Part shown: one piece after another, positions 48,226 through 53,024 of the stretch | Layout of the letters: each line of letters starts with the position of its first letter | How positions within the stretch are numbered: position 1 is the first letter of the stretch | Notes under the pieces: model-generated | The model's database searches: none | What the model saw: the letters and a program-made list of their open reading frames with translations, nothing else | Told to the model about the DNA's origin: nothing | Assembly: GCA_017938505.1 (NCBI GenBank) | Contig: JAGBBH010000077.1 | Span: forward strand, 1 to 53,024 | DNA: 53,024 nt | Direction: 5' to 3' | Origin: Clostridia bacterium | Lineage (GTDB): Bacteria; Bacillota; Clostridia; Christensenellales; UBA1242 | Position numbers and translations under genes: made by a program

Positions 48226-49047
48226 TTAAAACTTGCCTTCGGCTTTCATTTTGTCAAATTCTGCATACAAATCATCAAACATAAAAATTTTTAAACTTTT
48301 GTGAACCTTTTCTCTGTGCCATTGTTTGATGTTGTAAATGTGAAAACCAAATGGCAAGAAGAACACGATTCCTTTGCAGAAGTGTTTTACAACGGTGTCT
48401 TCCTTGATTTTTCTTTGTTCGTTGAATCTAAAAGGAAGATATTTGCGTTTTGAATATTTGTTCAGTGCTGATTGGTCAGGCATAATCATTTTCTTTTTGA
48501 AAACCATTTGTCTGCATTTTTCAAACAAACCATTTTCACGAATTTGTTTGAGGTTCATAAGCATTACGCCAGAGTTGAAATAACTTCTTCTAATCCAAAA
48601 TCTGCCCATATAGTCTTTTACGATTGCACAGTCTTTATCTTCCAAATCAATGTCATAAAGTTGTTTTATATCGCTGCAACACATTGTGTCTGTGTCAAGA
48701 TAAATCATCTTGTCCGGCAAGTTTGGGACCAAATCAAGCATAAGGCGAAGTGTCGCATAAGGAGTGTAACCATTCTCGTGGTTTTTGCCTTGCATAAGGG
48801 TTGCCTTGTATTGTTCAGTTACATCAAGTTTGATTGCCTTGCTTTTTGGGTTTTTCTTTTGCAAAACTTCAGTTAAAACTGCAATTTGTTCATCAGTTAT
48901 TGCATCAAATTTTGGATTATTGAATGTAAGATCCATTGTCAAAACATAAACATTGAGTTCTTCATTGCTATATTTTGCAAGCGACATTACAGACAGCAGC
49001 ATACCTTCAAAAATTTTTTTGTTTCCACTAAACACAACAGGAATCAT
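48226..49047 (-). CDS. Family 8 glycosyltransferase
   Basis: Start at the internal ATG 49047 after GGAGGA. Motifs IPVVFSGNK, YLDTDTMC (DxD) and FNSGVMLMNL. Confidence 0.8.
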   Translation of the reverse strand: MIPVVFSGNKKIFEGMLLSVMSLAKYSNEELNVYVLTMDLTFNNPKFDAITDEQIAVLTEVLQKKNPKSKAIKLDVTEQYKATLMQGKNHENGYTPYATLRLMLDLVPNLPDKMIYLDTDTMCCSDIKQLYDIDLEDKDCAIVKDYMGRFWIRRSYFNSGVMLMNLKQIRENGLFEKCRQMVFKKKMIMPDQSALNKYSKRKYLPFRFNEQRKIKEDTVVKHFCKGIVFFLPFGFHIYNIKQWHREKVHKSLKIFMFDDLYAEFDKMKAEGKF

Positions 49048-49099
49048 ATTTTCCTCCAAAAAGTAATGCCTTGATTTTGCCTTCTTTTGCAACATTACT

Positions 49100-49176
49100 T
49101 GGTGTTCCAGAGAGGATTTGAACCTCCGACCTTCCCCTTAGGAGGGGGACGCTCTATCCAACTGAGCTACTAGAAC
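49100..49176 (-). tRNA. tRNA-Arg (anticodon CCT), CCA encoded
   Basis: The reverse complement folds as GTTCTAG/CTGGAAC acceptor, GCTC/GAGC D-stem, TCCCC-CTCCTAA-GGGGA anticodon arm and GGAGG-TTCAAAT-CCTCT T-arm. Confidence 0.9.
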
Positions 49177-49361
49177 ATACAACATTATATTAGCACAATT
49201 TTTCTTTTAATGCAAATGTTGTGAACCTGTTTTTTAAAAATTTGAATAATTTATTGTTAACTAGTTTTATGCATAAATTTTTTCTAAATTATTTATAATT
49301 TTCCATTTTTTGTTTGACAAAATTTTAAAGATTATGGTATTTTAAATCTAGGAGGTTATAT

Positions 49362-50102
49362 ATGAAAAAGTTTTTAACTAAATCATTTGTTTTGGTTTTG
49401 GCTCTTTGTTCTCTCTTTTGTCTTGTAGGTTGTGGAGATCCATATGCTAATGCTGAAACTGTTCAAGCAGAGGATATTTCTGCATATTTGGACCAAGAAG
49501 GGGTTGACTTTGGCGAAGAACTTGCATCTGGATTTGAAATGAAGATGTCTGCAACTACGAAATATGAAGGAGTTTCAATGAAGATAACTGCAACTGTTGG
49601 AATTCTTTTTAATGCAGAACAAACAAAAATTGAACAAATGTCTGCAGTTTTGAAAGTGTCTGTTGCAGGATATTCAGAATCAATCAAAGCTTATGCAAAA
49701 GATGGTTGGCTTTATGGACAAGCACCAGACTATGATGGAAAAATGGTAAAAACAAAGATTGGATTTGATGGTTCTTCAGCAGATGTAGAAGGGCTTGTTG
49801 ATGCTGTTGAAGAAATTGATTCAATGCTTCAAAAAATCAGAGAATATTTGACATCAACAGAACTTGAACTTCAAGATGTAGTGTTCAAAAAACTTGGTGA
49901 TGAAACAACAGGCGAAGTTAGTTATCAAATTACAGACAGAACAGAAGGAAAAAGTGTTCTTGAATTCAATTTTGAAGAAAACAAATTGACAAAAATGAGT
50001 GCAAGAACAGAGTCAGAAGGTAATTCTGTAAGAGCTTCTTTTGAAAGAGTAACTGAAATTGATATGCCAAGTGATAGAGCATTGGAAAACTGGGTGGCAT
50101 AA
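49362..50102 (+). CDS. Putative lipoprotein (246 aa)
   Basis: GGAGG RBS. Signal peptide with lipobox LVGC (FCLVGCGD). Confidence 0.65.
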   Translation: MKKFLTKSFVLVLALCSLFCLVGCGDPYANAETVQAEDISAYLDQEGVDFGEELASGFEMKMSATTKYEGVSMKITATVGILFNAEQTKIEQMSAVLKVSVAGYSESIKAYAKDGWLYGQAPDYDGKMVKTKIGFDGSSADVEGLVDAVEEIDSMLQKIREYLTSTELELQDVVFKKLGDETTGEVSYQITDRTEGKSVLEFNFEENKLTKMSARTESEGNSVRASFERVTEIDMPSDRALENWVA

Positions 50103-50332
50103 TATGATTTAAATCAAGAAAAGTCTTATTCAAAGAGAATAGGACTTTTTTATTTTTTAAACTTTGAGAAAAAGTTTGACTAATAAAATCCGGAGATAGT
50201 TTTTTAAACGGAAATTAAAAATTAATTTTTATAAAAAATTTTCAAAAAAATGAATAAATATGCAAAAATTATTTGATTTATTCATTTTATATGTGCTAAA
50301 ATGTTCATATAAACAAAGGGGGATGAAAAAAT

Positions 50333-50917
50333 ATGGCATTTATGTATCTGTTTGATTTGGTTGACTTTAACGAAGATGGTGAGGTTTGTGCCAGCAAACT
50401 TTTTGATGAAAATCACACAAAAGCAAACTATCTTTATCTTGTGAGTAAATATAATCAAAAATTTTTAGATATGCAAGGTCTTAAAGTGCCAGAATTTTTC
50501 AAAAATGAACTCGCTGGCATTTTGGCGGGAGTTGAAATGGGAGATGATTTTGAAAAAGCAAAGAAAATTGTTATCTCTAACTGCCTTCCTAAGGTTAAAA
50601 TGATGGAAAGAGAAAGTGATTCTGATAAGGAGTTTATTGCTTCTATGAACGAATTCGTGTCTTATGATGACAAAAAGTTTAAAAAAGACATTGAGACTGC
50701 AACAAATGGCAAGCATAATGAGTATATTATTACTGCAACTTCTGGACAAATCCTTGACAGCGTGTTTAAAAATTTACAAAACCCTGAAAATTTGAATGAC
50801 AAAATTTTGAAAAGCAAAATCTATAAAGATGTCATCTCTTATAACGGACTTATGGCTTCTATCGAAAAGGTGGGAACAAAAGACAATGCCGTTTCTGATG
50901 TAAAGGTGATTGCTTAA
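50333..50917 (+). CDS. Hypothetical protein (194 aa)
   Basis: GGGGGA RBS. No motif recognised. Confidence 0.5.
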   Translation: MAFMYLFDLVDFNEDGEVCASKLFDENHTKANYLYLVSKYNQKFLDMQGLKVPEFFKNELAGILAGVEMGDDFEKAKKIVISNCLPKVKMMERESDSDKEFIASMNEFVSYDDKKFKKDIETATNGKHNEYIITATSGQILDSVFKNLQNPENLNDKILKSKIYKDVISYNGLMASIEKVGTKDNAVSDVKVIA

Positions 50918-51033
50918 ATTCTTAATTTAATTCGTATTTCTTTAGTTTTTATACTTTTTTCTTTAATTTGCGACAAAATTTGTGCAAATGTTTCTTTTGT
51001 GCAAAATTTGTTGCATTTTTTTTCGATAAATGC

Positions 51034-51062
51034 TTGACAAATGCTTTTATTTTATATAAAAT
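51034..51062 (+). promoter_or_regulatory. Promoter TTGACA-N17-TAAAAT upstream of rplM-rpsI, with a ~100-nt leader
   Basis: -35 at 51034-51039, -10 at 51057-51062. Confidence 0.5.
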
Positions 51063-51162
51063 AATACAGTCCAATTTTGAAAGCGATTTTTATTGTTAGC
51101 CCCAATAGGGTCGCATACTCAAAATATTTTTAAAAATTCAAATTAAACTTAAGGGAGAAAAA

Positions 51163-51606
51163 ATGAAAACTTATATGGCAAATCCAGCCACTGTTGAAAG
51201 AAAGTGGTATGTCGTAGATGCAACAAATATGCCTCTTGGCAGACTTGCAAGCCAAGTTGCTGACATCTTGACTGGTAAAAATAAAACTATTTACACACCT
51301 CATGTTGATACAGGCGACTTCGTTGTTGTTATCAACTCTGACAAACTTGTTCTTACAGGCAAAAAACTTGAACAAAAGAAACTTCGTTGGCACACAGGTT
51401 ATATCGGTGGCTTGAAAGAAGTTGATTATGCTACACTTATGGCAAAAGATTCTTGCAAGGTTGTTCAAAAAGCTGTTAAAGGTATGCTTCCAAAAAATTC
51501 TCAAGGAAGAAAACAAATTACAAGACTTCACATCTACAAAGATGCTAACCACAACCATACAGCACAAAAACCTGAAACCGTTGCTTTAAAAGGAGTTATT
51601 GAATAA
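51163..51606 (+). CDS. rplM: 50S ribosomal protein L13
   Basis: Full-length L13 pattern: [21 protein letters not shown] and YKDANH. Confidence 0.95.
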   Translation: MKTYMANPATVERKWYVVDATNMPLGRLASQVADILTGKNKTIYTPHVDTGDFVVVINSDKLVLTGKKLEQKKLRWHTGYIGGLKEVDYATLMAKDSCKVVQKAVKGMLPKNSQGRKQITRLHIYKDANHNHTAQKPETVALKGVIE

Positions 51607-52016
51607 TGGCTGAAAAGAAACAAAATAAAGGAACTTTCTTCGTTGCAACTGGAAGAAGAAAAAAATCTATAGCAAGAGTTAGAATGACTAACGGCACTGG
51701 AAAAATCGAAATCAATGGAAGAACTATTGAAGATTACCTTCAAAGAGACACTCTTATCTTGATTGCTAAACAATCTTTGGTTCTCACCAACACAGCAGAC
51801 AAATTTGACATTTTTGTAAATGTTGAAGGTGGCGGAATTTCTGGACAAGCTGGTGCTATCTGCCACGGAATTTCTAGAGCGCTTTTGAAAGTTTCAGAAA
51901 ACTATAGAAAAGAACTTAAAGATGCTGGACACCTTACTCGCGACCCAAGAATGAAAGAAAGAAAGAAATATGGTTTGAAGAAAGCTAGAAAAGCATCTCA
52001 ATTCTCAAAGAGATAG
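51606..52016 (+). CDS. rpsI: 30S ribosomal protein S9
   Basis: [20 protein letters not shown] and the C-terminus [12 protein letters not shown]. Confidence 0.95.
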   Translation: MAEKKQNKGTFFVATGRRKKSIARVRMTNGTGKIEINGRTIEDYLQRDTLILIAKQSLVLTNTADKFDIFVNVEGGGISGQAGAICHGISRALLKVSENYRKELKDAGHLTRDPRMKERKKYGLKKARKASQFSKR

Positions 52017-52031
52017 TTGGAAAAATGCAAA

Positions 52032-52059
52032 AAGCAAGCAAGAATGGCTTGCTTTTTTT
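52032..52059 (+). terminator. Rho-independent terminator after rpsI; a second copy lies at 52223-52251
   Basis: AAGCAAGC-N7-GCTTGCTT followed by T7. Confidence 0.65.
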
Positions 52060-52409
52060 GTTGCAAAATTTTTGCAACAATCTTTGCTTTGCAAAGGCAT
52101 TTTTCCAATATGGCGTTGTCGCACTCACTCTTGCGAGCAAGTTCGTGCTTCGTGCCATAGTTTGCGAGATGTTTTTTTTGGAAGCGTGATTTGAATGTAT
52201 GTATATTTAGATGAATTACGCCAAGCAAGCAAGAAGGGCTTGCTTTTTTTTGTTGCAAAATTTTTGCAACAATCTTTGCTTTGCAAAGGCATTTTTCCAA
52301 TATGGCGTTGTCGCACTCACCCTTGCGAGCAAGTTCGTGCTTCGTGCCATAGTTTGCGAGATGTTTTTTTGGAAGTGTGATTTGAATGTATGTTTATTTA
52401 GAGGAATTA
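52032..52409 (+). repeat. Tandem direct duplication, 2 x about 191 bp
   Basis: Copy A spans 52032-52222 and copy B spans 52223-52409. They are near-identical, with about 7 differences including two 1-nt T-run length changes. Confidence 0.85.
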
Positions 52410-52481
52410 TACTAAGAAAAATGTTTGCTTTTTTACTGATAATTGTTTTTACGATTTGTATTTTTGTGATATAATGAAAAT

Positions 52482-53024
52482 ATGGAAAAGGTTTATGATG
52501 TTTTAATTATAGGTGGCGGAGTTGCTGGTATGTCTGCTGCCATTTATGCAAAAAGAGCAGGAAAAAATGTTGCCATTATTGAAAAGTTTGCATTGGGAGG
52601 ACAAGTGTTGCAACTTGAAAAGATTGAAAATTTTCCTTCACAAACATCAATTGATGGCATATCATTGTCGCAAATGTTCTCAAAGCAAATAAAAAATCTT
52701 GAAATTGAGATAATTTATGATGAAATTATTTCTGTATCTTTTGGCAAAATGCATAAATTACAAGGAAAAAAAGATGAATATTTTGCTCAAAAAGTTGTTG
52801 TGGCAACAGGAATGGCATATCAATCACTTGGCATTGGTGAAGAGGTGCTTATGGGCAGAGGCGTCAGTTTTTGTGCTGTTTGCGATGGAAATTTTTATAA
52901 AAACAAAAAAGTTTTGGTTGCAAGCAAAAAAGGAAGTGGAATTAAAGACGCTTTATATTTAAGCAAGATGGCAGATGAAGTCGTTTTGTTGGACAGTGAA
53001 GATATGTCGGTTTATGCAAAAGCG
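52482..53024 (+). CDS. trxB: Thioredoxin-disulfide reductase, 3' truncated by the window end
   Basis: Not in the ORF track because the frame is open to the window end. Translation gives MEKVYDVLIIGGGVAGMSAAIYAKRAG (FAD GxGxxG) and the redox-active CAVCDG. Confidence 0.8.
   Translation, partial: MEKVYDVLIIGGGVAGMSAAIYAKRAGKNVAIIEKFALGGQVLQLEKIENFPSQTSIDGISLSQMFSKQIKNLEIEIIYDEIISVSFGKMHKLQGKKDEYFAQKVVVATGMAYQSLGIGEEVLMGRGVSFCAVCDGNFYKNKKVLVASKKGSGIKDALYLSKMADEVVLLDSEDMSVYAKA

Noticed and set aside
51998-52474. ORFs 51998-52300 (-), 52125-52316 (-), 52195-52380 (+) and 52211-52474 (+)
   Set aside because: They lie inside the 191-bp tandem duplication and partly repeat themselves because of it. 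They have no RBS and span terminator hairpins, so they are most likely non-coding.

Overview
AT-rich Bacillota chromosome window, probably Clostridia-like: it carries a type-A-looking RNase P RNA, a pro-sigma E/K-type factor and a SpoIVFB-like M50 protease. Bases 1 to about 11.6 kb look like the right-hand end of a prophage. This part holds tail and tail-fibre genes, then a complete diversity-generating retroelement (DGR), then a run of small membrane proteins with no recognisable endolysin. The DGR consists of a target ORF at 5543-7015 with VR 6891-7007, an avd-like gene at 7061-7468, TR at 7491-7607 and an RT at 7756-8796. An IS481-type transposase (12426-13475) sits near the prophage/host junction. 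The remaining sequence is host backbone: M50 protease, class III cyclase, mnmA, tRNA-Ser, fhs, pta-ackA, rpmF, plsX-rnc-smc-ftsY, sigma factor, rnpB, tRNA-Arg, rplM-rpsI and a 3'-truncated trxB. Two very large surface proteins are interspersed in it: a 943-aa protein with Listeria-Bacteroides repeats and a 1190-aa BspA-type LRR protein. They share a lectin-like module of about 270 aa that resembles the DGR target fold. Main second-look items are the DGR with its IMH and hairpin, a G10 tract placed to phase-switch the 943-aa surface protein, and a promoter-to-terminator structured leader at 11.73-11.88 kb. Others are a 191-bp tandem duplication after rpsI, a divergent DisA_N-like protein, an in-frame TGA splitting a YwaF-like gene, and a HIT-RNase HI fusion. 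All calls come from reading the sequence and ORF track by eye; no searches were run.
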